A stretch of 64,000 bases of DNA from Glaucostegus cemiculus (GCA_976551045.1 CDPCPM010000213.1:4898001-4962000); one strand, 5' to 3'. Shown: positions 13,565 to 26,711, numbered from the stretch's first letter. The notes: generated from the letters alone by a model not told the origin. Numbers and translations: made by a program.

Positions 13565-13890
13565 GGAGGCACAAGAAATTGCAGATGCTGGAATCTGGAG
13601 CAAAAAACAAGCTGCTGGAGGAACACAGCTGGTCAGGCGGCGTTTGTAGAGGGAAATGGACAGTCGACATTTCCAGTCGAGACCCTTCATCTGAACTGAA
13701 AGAGTTGAGGATAGATAGCCAGTATAAAGAGGTGAGGGGGAAGGGAAGGCCAGGAACTGGCAAGTGATGGGTGAATCCATTTGAAGGGGGGTTAATTGGT
13801 TGTTGGAGGAGGGAAGGATGGAAGTAGTGACAGAGGTGATGACTGGAGGAAAGGAAGGTGGAGCATGGAACCACATAAGGGAAGCTGGCA
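13565..13890 (-). mobile_element. Penelope-like element terminal fragment with hammerhead-like motif
   Basis: Minus strand reads cagtt-CAGATGA-agggtctcgactg-GAAA-tg-TC-gactg, followed by the shared ctccagattccagcatctgca tail. Confidence 0.75.
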
Positions 13891-14819
13891 GATGGGAACA
13901 GTGGCTGCAAAATCAAGGCTGTCTGTGTAGTGCTGAGGGAGGGCTGCATTCACCCAGGTGTAGTCATTTGGATGCAGTGGTAAACAGAGAACATTCTTGC
14001 TCTCTGAGGTAGATATGAGTAATCTTGTGGATTATGTTGAAGAAATCAGGTGTTCTGGCCAATATTAATTCCTCGCAAAACACACACATGTCTGATTGCT
14101 ATTTCAGTTATTTCAGTGCACTTTTCCCAAAGTGAAACGTGACAGTCATCATTTCTTTCACATCACTCTGGGAGTGCATCCAGCCGATTCTCAGCGTGAC
14201 TTGTGCTTCCTCATGTGATGCAGTTTAACATCAGACATGCATTAACTGACATCCTTCCCCATGCAAAGGCCCTTATGAAGCATTGCTTGGAAGATTAGAG
14301 CATGTGCTCAGATTGACCATTGTTGATTACTCCTGGAACAGTTGACTTTCATTAACAGTGTGCCAGACAGGGACATCATGAAAGTAAGTCCCATGCTTAA
14401 CCTCTGTGCTGGCCTCTTCCCCACCCTGATTGTTGCAATGGAGGCTCCAAATCCCACACCATGAGATTCCAATCCTCCAACAATTGACCCTCCTCTCCCC
14501 ACCTCACTCCACAGGACACTGAGAGCTACTGAAGTTTGCAGCAATGGACCCAGAACTGAAATCTTTGTTCGACTGCCGTGTGGTGTCCTTATAACATGTT
14601 GAATACATTGGGCTATAATTTCTCTGGTAATGCACCAACTCTACAATATTGGCCTTTCTGTCCATCCTTCCATACAGAACCTGCAGGAGCATAATTGATG
14701 GACAAAGGTTAGCATTGTGTTATAGGATTCATGGAGTCATTGTAGAACATAGAACAGTACAGATATCCTTTTGTTGGCTGCCTGTTCATGTGACCGTCAA
14801 AATACCTGTTAAGTATTGG

Positions 14820-15330
14820 TATTGTATCTGCTTTCACCACCTTCCCTGGTAGCATGTTCCAGGCACCTACCACTCTGTGTGTGGGGGGAAAAAACTTGTC
14901 TCACACACATATCCTGTAAAATTTCACCTTCATGTCTTAGACTCTAGTGTTTTACATTTCTGCCCTGGTAAAAAGACTCTATCTACCCTACCTATGCCTC
15001 TCATAATTTTATGTACTTCTGTCAGGTCTCTCCTCAGATTACAACCAGAGAAAACAACCCAAGTTTGTCCAACCTCTCCTTATAGCTATCTCTCTCTAAT
15101 CCAGCAGCATGCTGGTGAAACTCTTCTGTACCCTCTCCAAAGTCTCCACATCCTTCCTGTAATATGATGACTGGAACTGCATACGATACTCCGAATCTGG
15201 TCAAACCTGCCATGAAGGAACCGAGTCTAAAGCTTGACTAAAGCCCAGGTAGACAACATCCACTGCCCTATCCTTGTTAATCATCTTCACCATTGCTTCA
15301 AAGAAATCTCAATCAAATTTGTCACAGAAG
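14820..15330 (-). mobile_element. CR1-type LINE fragment
   Basis: Reverse CR1 ORF2 text (ttccaggcacctaccactctgtgtg; ctatctaccctacctatgcctctcataattttat; caacatccactgccctatc). Confidence 0.75.
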
Positions 15331-17119
15331 GGGGCTATTTGGATCATCAACTCAATCCCAGCTCTGGAGCACTCTGTAGAGTGTTTATTTAAGATTCTGT
15401 TTAGCTTTGGAGTACAACAGTTTAAGCAGTGATGTATGTCTTTGTGCTTTGAATACCGGGTTAGGTCTTAACTGGAGGATTGAGGCCTGGCCCAGTACTA
15501 GGCCCTGATTTCCCATCTGCTGCAAAACATCACTTAACCACAAATTGAATTTTCTGTTCTGGACTGTATTGTAGGATTTTGAACTATTCTCTTACAATAT
15601 GAACAACACAGAGAGCAATTTCTTCAACAGCAATAACAATAACAGCAACTGCTGCGCATTGGTAAAGGTTTGTTGCAATGGAGTGGTTTTGGATTTGAGA
15701 CGAGTGCATGGTGTGGGCTCTGTGTTGCCTTGCTTTGGCCAAATTTTTTTCTCTCTTCCATCTCTTTTAGTAAAGGCTAGACATTTCCATTTTGTTGGAA
15801 GGAGGATGGAAAGCCCCAGAAGTAAGTGGTGCAGCTGCCAAATTTAAACATAAGCGACCTTGTCATAGTTCCTGGGAAAAGCCTAGTGAGAGCCATTTTG
15901 ATGGGCTTCTGCCAGGGATCCTACCACCATCATGGACCTTCCTTTAGAAGAAGGGAGGACAACAACATCTGGGCTTGGCTAGTATAATCTATCCTGGGGC
16001 ATCTTCCTTCAGGGGGTGTGATGTGGATTGTCAGAATGATTAAAAAGCTTCATTATAGAGAGTGCAACCTATTCCCTCCATTGAGCACTGGACTCCCAAG
16101 AATTAATGGGAACATGGGATTGAAGGGGTTACCAGCCTGAAGGGTTTACCTCCTTTGGATGCAGATCTCTTCTTAGTGAAGACATGTGTGATAGAATATC
16201 TCAATGAGAAGAGAAAATAGACCAGCTCCCGGTGGTCCCTTTATCACCCTGGAACTGCACAAAGTCAGGTGGAAAGGCAGCAGAGAATCTAGCTTTAAAA
16301 GTCTCTTTTATCTAAAACGATGACTAGACTCTTAATTGACAGTAGAAGTCTTTATTTCACCCTCGAGGATCCTTATAAAAAGTGAGTTGAAAATATGTTT
16401 ATTGAACATTTTGTGGATAAACAGCAAATTCTAACATCTTTACCAGGGCAATTCTTTTAGAGAAATTATGCTTTAAGTCCTTAAGTTGCCAGAAAGCAGT
16501 CCAAGAAGCAGAACACAGTTGCTATTTTAGGAAACAGTGTGATCACGCATCGGACATGAGCAGGTCACAAATAATGTGGGTCAGGTGCAGAGTAAAGCTC
16601 CACTTTCCTAGTTTGGAACAAACTCAAATAAAAGTGATTCCCCATTTCCTACTTCAGACACTGATTCCTATTTTAATATCTGGACTGCACCTTTAGTCAG
16701 TTCAAAGACTGAAACTGCCGAACCTCACTCTAGCTTCTTCATTATGTATGGCAAAGGGGGAGAGGTCCAAGTTTCATACAAATCTAAATCCTTTACCCTC
16801 TTCAGTGCACCATTACCTATCAACTGGTTTTTCCTCCCAGCACTTGCCCCGTCCATCATAGCTGAGGAGCACAGTGTCAGATTTGGGGACTGCCCAAATT
16901 TCTCGGCAGGGTCTTAATCAGAAAGAGATTATTCCGGGCAGTGTGTTTTGTGGAGAAGTATGGTACCAGTGTAATATTGAGGGTACAGCCCATTTTATAT
17001 ACACTGAAGTCCATGGGTATAAATACTGAGGGGTGTAATGTGTGCAAACATCATTTTGACACCATTTCACAAAATCACGATTCAGCTCAATGAGAAACAA
17101 TCCTTTAGTATTAAAGTCA

Positions 17120-17460
17120 AAGAGTCTCACAGCTCGGAAACGAGCTTGTTGGCCAACCGTGTTTACACTGGACACCCAGCACTCATTTACAGTAATCCCA
17201 TTCTAAACCTATTTTATTCTCCACATGGTCCCACCAACTCCCCCCAGACGCTACTGCTCAGCTACACTCTAGGACCAACTTAGAGTGGCCAAATAGAGCT
17301 ACCAACCTCTGCGCCCTTGGGATGTGGGAGGAAATCACGCAGTCAAAGGGAGAAGATGCGAACTCCACACAGGCAGCAGCAGAGGTCAGAAGTGAACTTG
17401 GGTTGCTGGGACTCTAAGGCAGCCGCACTACTAGCTGTCCCACTGTGCTGCCCCTGTGTT
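17120..17460 (-). mobile_element. V-SINE/HE1-like tRNA-derived SINE
   Basis: ttgggatgtgggaggaaatc...gcgaactccacacaggcagc is the reverse V-domain; decayed tRNA-like head near 17400-17455. Confidence 0.65.
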
Positions 17461-18094
17461 GAGATAACGATGGGGAATTTGCTCAGTCAATGTTCACATG
17501 ATTTCCTAACACAATGACATACCAGATTACCCAGAACTGGGAAGGGAGCAGGGAGCTAGAAATATTTTTGGATGCAGAAATGGGTTTCACAGATGTCCTG
17601 CTGAAATTAATGGGACAGTGCCTTTTAAATATCACCAGTAGGATTTCTGCCTGCGACGTGCCAATAGTCTGGCGAGCCAGTAGCCAGGAAGAGGTTGTTT
17701 TGGAAGTCAGACGATGCAGAGTTGGATATTGGTAGATCACACATTCTGATGACATGGTTTAAGCTTTGTTGAGCCAGGGGAAGTTCACCTCCTGTCCCTC
17801 AGACAGCAACAGAAAGGCATTTACCTCACGGACCCAGCTCTTGTCACCCCCTTTTATCTGTTGGGATTTCCTAGAACTTAAGAATCCTGGTCCATATGCC
17901 TAAAAAAAACCTTTTAAAAAATGAGTTAAAATGGAGATACTGAGCCTACTTAACAGTGATATATTCACTTTCTGAGCACAGTGTAGAATTATGTAACTTC
18001 AAATTTTGACTGCTTACTAGAATAATGAAGAAAAGGCGAAATTGCGCAGTATCTGATGTCTGAAATGGTTTTAATATTCTAGGCAGTGTGTTGT

Positions 18095-18128
18095 TGCAGT
18101 GCATCTGAACACCAGCAGATGGTGCCAC
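18095..18128 (+). promoter_or_regulatory. CTCF-like motif with upstream TGCAG module
   Basis: TGCAGTgcatctgaacaCCAGCAGATGGTGCca resembles the CTCF core plus upstream motif; motif match only. Confidence 0.5.
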
Positions 18129-18679
18129 TGAGTGGAACTAGTATCTTTTTGATCATTGGCATGTTTCCCAATGTGGAACCTGTATCAGTGGAGCCCATTG
18201 TTTGTACACTGCACAACTTAGCAGGTTGGTGTCTCTGGCAGTAACTCATGTTGTGGTGCAAGTTGCACTGGGTGCTATACTCATGAGGGTGTTAAACCAC
18301 GTACAAACGCCTGCAAGAACTATGCAGAGCAGGCACATTGCAAGGTCAGTCAACATACAATGCTGATTTAACACTAGCAATGTCATTTCAAAGCTCAGAG
18401 CTTTTTACCACTGGACTTTCTTAAATGTACACATTTAAACAGCACTTTTAACCCCACTTCAGCTCATAAAAGCAACCATCCCTAATCTTCAGATCAGTTG
18501 TTGGTTGATTTCTTCTTGTTTCTGCTGCGATTCTACAAATGTTAGTTTACTTTTAGAGTTGTTTCAAGTTGCAGAGGTCTACAAATGGTGAAGGATTACT
18601 TGCCACTCTGAGCTGAGAGAATGAGTCTTGCAGCAGTGCTAAGTTTGGAAGAGTGCAGCAAGTCATGTGAGTGTTTGCC

Positions 18680-18900
18680 ATCAGATCTGATCGACAAGGA
18701 TTGGTGGTAGCTCGGTGATGTAGAGAATGGAGCAGTGCCTGAGGAGAGTGGTGCACAGTCTCTGAAGATCCATTCCAGTGATCTTGGCTGTGTAGGTGAG
18801 GTCATTGAGGTTTTGTAACACTGGAGTAATGTTTGACTTGTGCATTGGGCTCTGAGTGCTGGCTGTTCCTACTGCCTCTGGCTGTAGGTACTGAGTACCT
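18680..18900 (-). mobile_element. Degenerate L2 LINE fragment
   Basis: Minus-strand translation NITPVLQNL resembles the L2 HITPVLxxLHWLP motif. Confidence 0.4.
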
Positions 18901-19127
18901 CTCATCCTTGCTATGTCCAAAATTAAAGCTGCTATTGCAGCACCTCAACACCACAGACTGGGTCATCTCGGGCCTTGTGCCATTCCTCATTCATTCAGTT
19001 CTACTTCTAGGATCCATGCCACCACCTGCTACCTCCACAATGAACCCTCCTTTAAGCGGAATAGGCAAGCTTTAAGCATCGCAGGCAACTGGTACAAAAT
19101 ACAATGCTTGTAGGTCACCCTCTGATG

Positions 19128-19264
19128 CAGCCAATGAACAGTGAGATTAGTAATGACACATCACCCCAATTCTTACAATCCAGCCAATGAGCAGCACAGT
19201 TAGTAATGACACATCACCCCAATTCTTACAATCCAGCCAATGAACAGTGAGATTAGTGATGACA
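19128..19264. repeat. 53-bp tandem repeat, about 2.6 copies, each with a CCAAT box
   Basis: Unit cagccaatgaacagtgagattagtaatgacacatcaccccaattcttacaatc starts at 19128, 19181 and 19234. Confidence 0.92.
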
Positions 19265-21569
19265 GGTGAGTCAGGATCTTCCTTGGGGAGCTTGAAAGAC
19301 CCCTCCCCCTACCCACCCTACACCTTCTGCTTTTACAGAAACACACCAACTGGTGGTCAGACCTTTCCCTGAAACTCGGGAAGGGGCTCTGGGGTGAATC
19401 GGGGGAGCGGCGTAATGACATGTTTCTCTCAAATTTTGCGGCATTGGTTCAAGCCACAGGTCCTGATGGAGGTTGGCCGGGACGGGGGTTTGGTTTCTGG
19501 AAGAAGAGGAAGGATTTCTTTAAATCAGCCACATGAATACAGTGACAGTCATTCCCAGTGCACTGAGGGGAGTTCACAGATTGAATACACAAGGCATTGC
19601 CTCTCAGTTTAAAACTAATTCCATACTTAATCTCTTTTTCCCTTCCTTACACAACTGAGAACTGGATTATAGCAACATTGCAATATCCAACTGTGACAGG
19701 ACCTTACTCCATCACTGAGCAGCCACTTCTCCGCTAAAGCCGAGTGGATTCTCCTTAATTGAGTGCAAAATTCTCAGTGTAACTTGGATACTGAACAGTA
19801 CCATTGGCTTAAACACTAAAATCCCCTCTGCTGGAAGGTCATTAACCAGTAACACTCTGCTTCTTTTTCCACAGATGCTCCCTGATATTTTGTTTGTTTT
19901 TCTGATTTCTGGCATCTGAAGTTTTTGTTTGCTCTTTGATTGCTCGGTACAGGTCCGCCCCAGCTTATCAACATCTGACTTGTGTACAGCCTGTAAATAT
20001 GAACGAGTGTTTGGGAGATTGGCAGGATGGACTTGCCAGCTGTGGTGGGGCTGCAGGCATCTTCTGCCACGTGGAGAATCCATTCATGGCTGCGTTTCCG
20101 ACCTGCGAACTGTTGGGGTTACAAACAGTTCTCAGGAAGGGTACCTTTCCGTAATCTGGGGAGGCCCTGTAAATGGTTACACACCCATCTGTCTTCATGT
20201 GCAGAGCCGTAGTTCAATCCCAGTGTAGAACCACACATGAAATGTGCTCCTGAGCTCCAATGGGCACACTTCATGCACCGAGGCAGTGACTTGGACATCC
20301 TAAGACTGTGAACACTTTCCCAGGTGATCTTAAACTGTAGCAAATTATCAGGAGGAAAATACGGCCCTGCCCTTCCACAAAAGAGGCTGTGCCTAAAGCT
20401 TCCTCCAGGCAGCCATAGTGAGGATGCTCAGTGATACAACCTTGGAGCATAAACATCACACTCCACCTAAGAGGATTAGGAATCCTACATTCAGGATTTG
20501 GAGATCCAAAATGCAAGCCTTAAGAATCTGAAATTCCATTCAAAAGTTTCAAGTGAGTGGAAGGAGGCTGTACATCGGAACCCATACAAATGAGGAGCAG
20601 GGATTGGTACTCAGCCTGTCAAGCCTGCTCCACCATTCAGCAAAATCACACTGGCCTGACTGTCACCTCGGCTCCCTGTCCCCATCTATCCCCAGCCACC
20701 TCACTGCTTATCAGGAATCTATCCACCTCTGCCTTAAAAATATCCACAGATCTGCTGTTCTTTGAGAAAGAGCATTCCTTGAGCAAGTTACAGGTTGAAC
20801 CTTGTGTATATCCCCATCACTTTGCTTGATACACAATTGATTCAGCAATGTTAAAGGTGAGTCATTATAATGACAGTCGTCATGGTAGTCATTATATTGA
20901 CTCTTCTGAGTGAATCGCATTTAAGTGCCTGTTTTGCTCCATTTGTGTTTCTGGCCCTTACAGGCTTCAAAGAAGCTCAATCGTCAGCTATTGAAAAGGT
21001 GACTTCTTAAGAACTTGGTACTTGGTAATGTCAGTCAGTCACAGTCGGAAAGGTCTAGTCACAGCAGCTGTGTTATTGCTGTTACATGCGTGGATGAAGT
21101 ATTTCCATGGTAGGCAGAAAGGAAGAAGCAGTTGCGTCTGAGGCAATCATTTTATCCCCTTAAATCCAACCTACAGTCACTTTCCACCACAGTAATGTCT
21201 CTGTCTGCGACTGAAGCAGTTACCACAGCTCTTAGTCCCCACACCTGCCATTACCAAGTCAGCTTACTCTCTGTGTGCTGATGCAACAAACAAAGGGCAG
21301 AGGTCTTGGTTGCTGAGGAAACAGTTTCACCATCTTCCCCCATGAAGCAGACAGTAACACAAGAAGGGTTAGTACTTTGTTTCCAGATTCCTCAGGAGAG
21401 TGCAGATGTAGTGATGACACGACCCTGCTTGAATGAGCCTGGCCTCGCCGCCTCCTGCCATTACTACTTCAGCTGTCAGTCTAACCTCTGCAAGGTGACC
21501 ATGACCAAGCGCCCCTTTTCTCCTGGTGACTCCTGGGAATGTACGGCAGGAACTGTACATCGACCCACT

Positions 21570-21760
21570 GGCAGAATGCTGCACGTGCTGGAAATCTAAA
21601 TGCTGGAAACACTCAGCAGGTCAGGCAGGATCTGTGGAGAAAGAGGAACCCAGAGATCATTTTTTTAATTACAGCGTGGTTCAGGCCCTTTCGGCCCAAT
21701 GAGTCCGCGCCACCCATTTTAACCCCCCAAGTTAACCTACCCATACGTCATGTTTCAACA
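21570..21760. mobile_element. Penelope-derived fragment interrupted by a CpG-retaining SINE/CR1 3' tail
   Basis: tgctggaaatctaaatgctggaaacactcagcaggtcaggcaggatctgtggaga followed by ttttaattacagcgtggttcaggccctttcggcccaatgagtccgcgcc. Confidence 0.55.
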
Positions 21761-22674
21761 TTTACTGAGAACTCACTCTTATATTAATGCCTGATATCTT
21801 GATGACCTTCACTCTGTGCCCTTCCCAACATTACTTGCAAACGATGAGGCCCTGTCCAGAGTTCTGGTTGCAAAATGCAGAATACAATGAAGGCCACCCC
21901 CAGCAGAGTTCTGATGGGTTGTTCTATTCTAAGAAGGATTATTTGATTTTATAGATCATACAATTTTTAAATTGTTGTAAGCATTTCTAAAACGTGCACA
22001 ATTTCAAGGACAGTTTGCTGGAGGGACTCAGCAGCCTTGAGTCACAGTCTCTGTAGAAGGTTAAATGGGAGCAATGAATGGCCCAGTGATGGGGTCACTT
22101 CATTGCTGTTTCAGTACATGTTTCCGACATTCTCGATGGGACCAATTCACCCTGTGTAGCTGTCACCACATTGGCCATGGCAAAGGCACTTCTCCAGTAA
22201 TACATTACCAAATCCAACAACGGCCAGTTCCAGGCATTACAGGCATTTCCATCACTGAATTGTTAAACTACGGTTAAACTGTTATCCAAATGTGAGTCAC
22301 ATGATTACATTTACATGCAGTTTAAAGTTTTTCAGTCATTGCAAATGGATAGCAAGTCAAACTTATGCTAACCAGTAAAGCAAAAATTTAAGAGAATATG
22401 TACCACCAATCTATGGAGATTAAGTTAAAATAAATAAAATTACAGCAGATGTGAAACTGTGGTGACCATCAGGTATTTAACATAACCAAGGCAAGGCAAA
22501 GACACCCACTGTGATATTCATCACTCTCATTTCCTTTATTTCTATGTATTTCATAGATTTAAAGTATTTTGTACCCAAATATGAATTGTGGTAGCTACCA
22601 AGTGTACCTGGATTTTAAAGTCCAGGGAACAGCCTCTTCTGTAAAATGTGGTGTGCATTTCAAGAAGGAGCTCT

Positions 22675-22693
22675 TGCTGACACCTAGTGGTGA
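22675..22693 (-). promoter_or_regulatory. CTCF-like motif
   Basis: Minus strand tcaCCACTAGGTGTCAGCA resembles the CTCF consensus; motif match only. Confidence 0.5.
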
Positions 22694-23759
22694 AGTAAGG
22701 AACATTTTTCAGCCGTCAAATTGTCCAACGTAGTTTGATTGGGTACAATATGGGTATTGCTGCCCTACTTCAATTACCTGCAGTGACAACTTGATTCCCA
22801 AAACAGGCGACTAATTGGCACAGACTTCACTTGAAAAACACAATCCCTGTCCATAGAAATGCTTTGACAACCTGGTTAAGACATGCCTCCAGCTTACTGC
22901 CGTCAAAAGTATTGATACTCTTTTACAAACATTGGAATTGTATTAACAATTAAACATATCATGTAAAACTAAAATCTATTATAATGTTTAAGTTAATGTA
23001 TTTTTAAAAGATCATAAAATATTTTTTAAAAATTAGGAAACGAGAACAACAAAATGTGTTTGGGTTAACAATTGAATACTGTCTTTTCATAGAGCGATCC
23101 AGCAGGGAAACGAGCCGTTCAGTCCACCAAGTCCTTGCTGAGCTTCAATACATTTAATTTTATTCAATTAGCAAAAGAAAGTGTGAAGTACTTGAAATTT
23201 ACCCCTCTCCATTTCAGCCATTCCTCTCCTTTGAACTGAATAAAGGGTTGAGGACCCTCTGGATTGAACCTGTTGCAGGTTCAGTGGGAATGTTTCCTAG
23301 TGTGACCTTTGGGAGAGTGCAGGGAGATGGCAATCTGCAGCTGGATTCTACGGTGGCAGCGAGGACCTCTGAGGAACTTTAGAAACGCCACATCTGGGTG
23401 AATCAGTGTTTCATCATCGCACTGAGGGGAAACATTTGACCCAGATTCTAAAAAAAAATTGGAGTTGTCAATCTGCACCCCCATCCCCACCCTCTCCCCT
23501 TCCAAGAAATGTTTTGAACCAGTGGTGGAAAGATATGCAATTCTTCCTCATGCAAAACTTATTATAGGTAAAAGTTGCAAAAGACTGGTTAAAATTAAAA
23601 TATAATGCTGATATGGTTAAGTAGATAATCTTACCATATTTATTTCAAAGTCCTTCTTGCTGGAAATGAAGGATATGCATATGTTTCCTTGAATTAAATA
23701 CCAGGAAGACGAGCATGATAGTCTTCAAGGCCCATCACATCTTGTTCTGACGCACCTCT

Positions 23760-23880
23760 CAACACCAAACATTGCCGATTCCTCCCCCCGTCCCCCACAG
23801 GTGCTGCTCGACCCGCTGAGTTCCTCCAGCAGATTGTTTGTGGCTCCAGATTCCAGCACCTGCAGACCGTTGTGTCTCCA
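23760..23880 (+). mobile_element. Penelope-derived short element
   Basis: gtgctgctcgacccgctgagttcctccagcagattgtttgtggctccagattccagcacctgcagaccgttgtgtctc. Confidence 0.7.
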
Positions 23881-24049
23881 GCTCACATCTGTTCACCAAC
23901 CGCTTGCTGACTGGCTGCACCTTCCCCGTCCTGCCTGCTGAACCAAAGTGCTTGCCGCCTTCCTCTGTAGTTAAGCCAGAGCTGAGCTTCCCGCTCTGTG
24001 TTTCCACAATCAACATGCCACCAGTGTCCCCTTCTCAGGCCACGTGTCC

Positions 24050-24625
24050 TCAAAGTCCCCATCCACGTATTTGTTACTTCTGGACATGATTACCTCAGTA
24101 TTTTCCCATCCTGCTTCCAGTTCTCTACCTTCCTCACACCTAAGCTCATCCAAAAATCTGTGATGCTTGCAGGGTGTGCAGCCTTCATTGGTAGCTCCTG
24201 CTCCACCACTGCCTCAACATCCTCATGTTCAAATTCCTCCATAGTTTCGTACTTCAGTGTCAACCCTACCATCTTCCTAATACTCTGTGTTCCCCCAATA
24301 CTGGGCCATTGTATCAAGATGTTCTTTTGCTCTTCAATGTAGGTTAACTTTCTGCAATCCAGATCCAAGACTTTGGAGTGCCTTTCATAAACATCTCTAC
24401 TTCTTTAGAATGCTTCTTAAATTAAAGCTAAGCCCTTGCAACTAAGCTCTTTAGCCACCAGAAATAATAACTCCTTACAGTGTGTACTTTCATCAGGCTG
24501 TTGCTTAATAATACTCAAGTTAGGCACCCTGTTGTATCTCATTAATCATAACGTTGAAGTTACACCTTGTGGAGCATTTGAAAATATTACAGTTAATAAT
24601 ATATAAATGCAAGTTGTTGTTATAA
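24050..24625 (+). mobile_element. L2 LINE 3' fragment
   Basis: KLIQKSV resembles the L2 LQLIQNAAAR region; ends in an L2-type tail atataaatgcaagttgttgtt. Confidence 0.55.
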
Positions 24626-25529
24626 TACTGGCTGGTAGATCTGTGGGTGTTATAGTTATTGCCACTAGGTAAATACGAATGTGATTTGTTGTTATGATCT
24701 CCTTGTTTAATATACGGCGACTTCATTGTGTTATTAAATTCTTTTAAAGGAATCAGGTTATTGCTTCCTCTAAAATAATACAAACGCAAATAGTGTTGGT
24801 GTTGTAAAACATTACAGCACTTCAAAATATAATTCTAATCTGTATACACAGTAATAATTTTAAGACATTTCAATCAGCGAAAACCCATTTATTAAGATTG
24901 AATGATTGGTGTGTTTAAAATTGCAATTCCAGGCAACTGCAGCTTGATACCACTTGAGTGGGATATACCACAGTGAATTAAGCAAAATGCTGGGAATACT
25001 CGGGAGATCTGACAGTATCACTGAAGAATGAAACAGATTTAATGTTTCAAATCAATAATCTTTCATTGGAAAGATTAAATGTGTTTTTAATTTTGATACA
25101 TTAGAAATATATACAGAAGTTTCATAGAGTTGGATATCCACTGTAAAAATAAAATAAACTCCAGACAGCTTCTGATCAGGTAGCCAAAGAAACTTGCAAT
25201 CTTTACGGATTAAAATGAAAGATCTGCTTAGCAAAATAAGAAATGTTCTAAAAGTATGTGATGTGTTGAAATAATCTGAGTTTGCTGGTATTCTTTAAAA
25301 GGGGCCTGTCTATTCTTATTCTGTATGAAAAACAGAGGTGAAATATTCATCACAATTCTTGAATAAATCACAATGTTATGCTGGTGGCAATTTTGATACT
25401 AGCACAGTGTAGTGTGTGGTTTGTGGAGCAAAATAGGTAGGAATCATCTTTTCTTCCTGGAAATATTGGTGGAACAGTGACTTTGGAATATATGATCCCA
25501 AAAGATTGTAGAACAGGTCAGCAAGGTTG

Positions 25530-26135
25530 TTGTAAAGGCTTATGAGATGCTTTGCTCTATTAGCTGAGACATAATGGACAGCTTTATACAACCCCCTCAT
25601 AAGGTTCACTGATTGTGTTAAGCTGTTCATTAGTTTGAGTACTGCTTGCTCTCCTGGTCACCACATGACATGGTTGCATTGCCTCATGTGCGGAAGACAA
25701 TTACAAATATGTTGCCAGGACCGGAAAATTTTACTCTGAGGATGGATTGAATAAGCTGTGGTGTAGACCAGAGGAGGCTGAGGGAAGAATTAGTTGATGA
25801 AAGGAAGAGGTAGAGTAAATAATAAGGACGTATTTCCTCTCGCAGAGTGGTTAAAAGCCAAGGGCATAAACTTAAAATAATCGGGAGAAGGGGTGGAGGG
25901 AAGATGAGAAAAATAGTTTCACTGAAAGAGTGTAGGGGTGTGGAACTCACCACCTGGAAGGATAATGGAGGCAGAAATATTATACTTAAGTAGTACTTGA
26001 ATGTCTACTTGAAGAGCCATGGCCTGTAGGGCAATGCAGATAGTACTGGAAGGTAGTATTTGGCTTTTCCTCGACTGGCACAATGGGCTGAATGGTCTCC
26101 ATGTGTGTTGTAAATTTTCAGTTTCTATGACTTCC
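25530..26135 (+). mobile_element. CR1-type LINE 3' fragment
   Basis: ctggtcaccacat; gaggaggctgagggaagaattag; aatgggctgaatggtctcc; tail tttctatgacttc. Confidence 0.75.
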
Positions 26136-26555
26136 AAGCTGAAGAATACCATGGATTGGAGCAACTCCAATTAGTGACATTTGTTTGATATATTTCCTTT
26201 CACCTATAATATATCACACTGATGTCACTGGCACACTTTTATCTGGATGGGTGTGGAGTAAAAGCAGAAAGAAGGAAATAAAAACACAAGCAGTGTGCAG
26301 TAAATTCTACAGAACCAAAGCGTTTGATCACATCTTCTTGTGTTGTGTACTTTGTTAACCCTTGCTCTTTCTTTCCCTATTATCAAATTCATTTATCTTA
26401 AATTGGCATTGTGCCTGATGTGCTTTATAAAATATGTGCCTCGATATTAATATCCTTGATATTAATATATATTTCTCAGTAATCTTCCCTTGGTCTTTTG
26501 ACTGATTTTTATAGAAAATAAAACATGGCTCATGAAACATTAATGTCATCACCAG

Positions 26556-26711
26556 ACAGGGGAATATGCAACAGATGAAGAGGAAGAAGAGATGAGCCCC
26601 ATGTTCGCTAACAATGACATGGCAATCGAAGTTTTTGATCTAGCGGAGAATGAAGATATGCTTTCCCCGGTGGAAATGGATCCTGAAAAGCTGGTGCATA
26701 AGTTTAAGGAG
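26556..26711 (+). CDS. PPP1R9B: PPP1R9B internal coding exon (acidic linker into coiled coil)
   Basis: Bounded by accag| and |gtacga. 156 nt, phase 0-0, encoding [52 protein letters not shown]; spinophilin has [14 protein letters not shown]...[31 protein letters not shown]. Confidence 0.95.

Noticed and set aside
19128-19264. CRISPR-like array
   Set aside because: Contiguous tandem units with no unique spacers, no cas genes, eukaryotic context.
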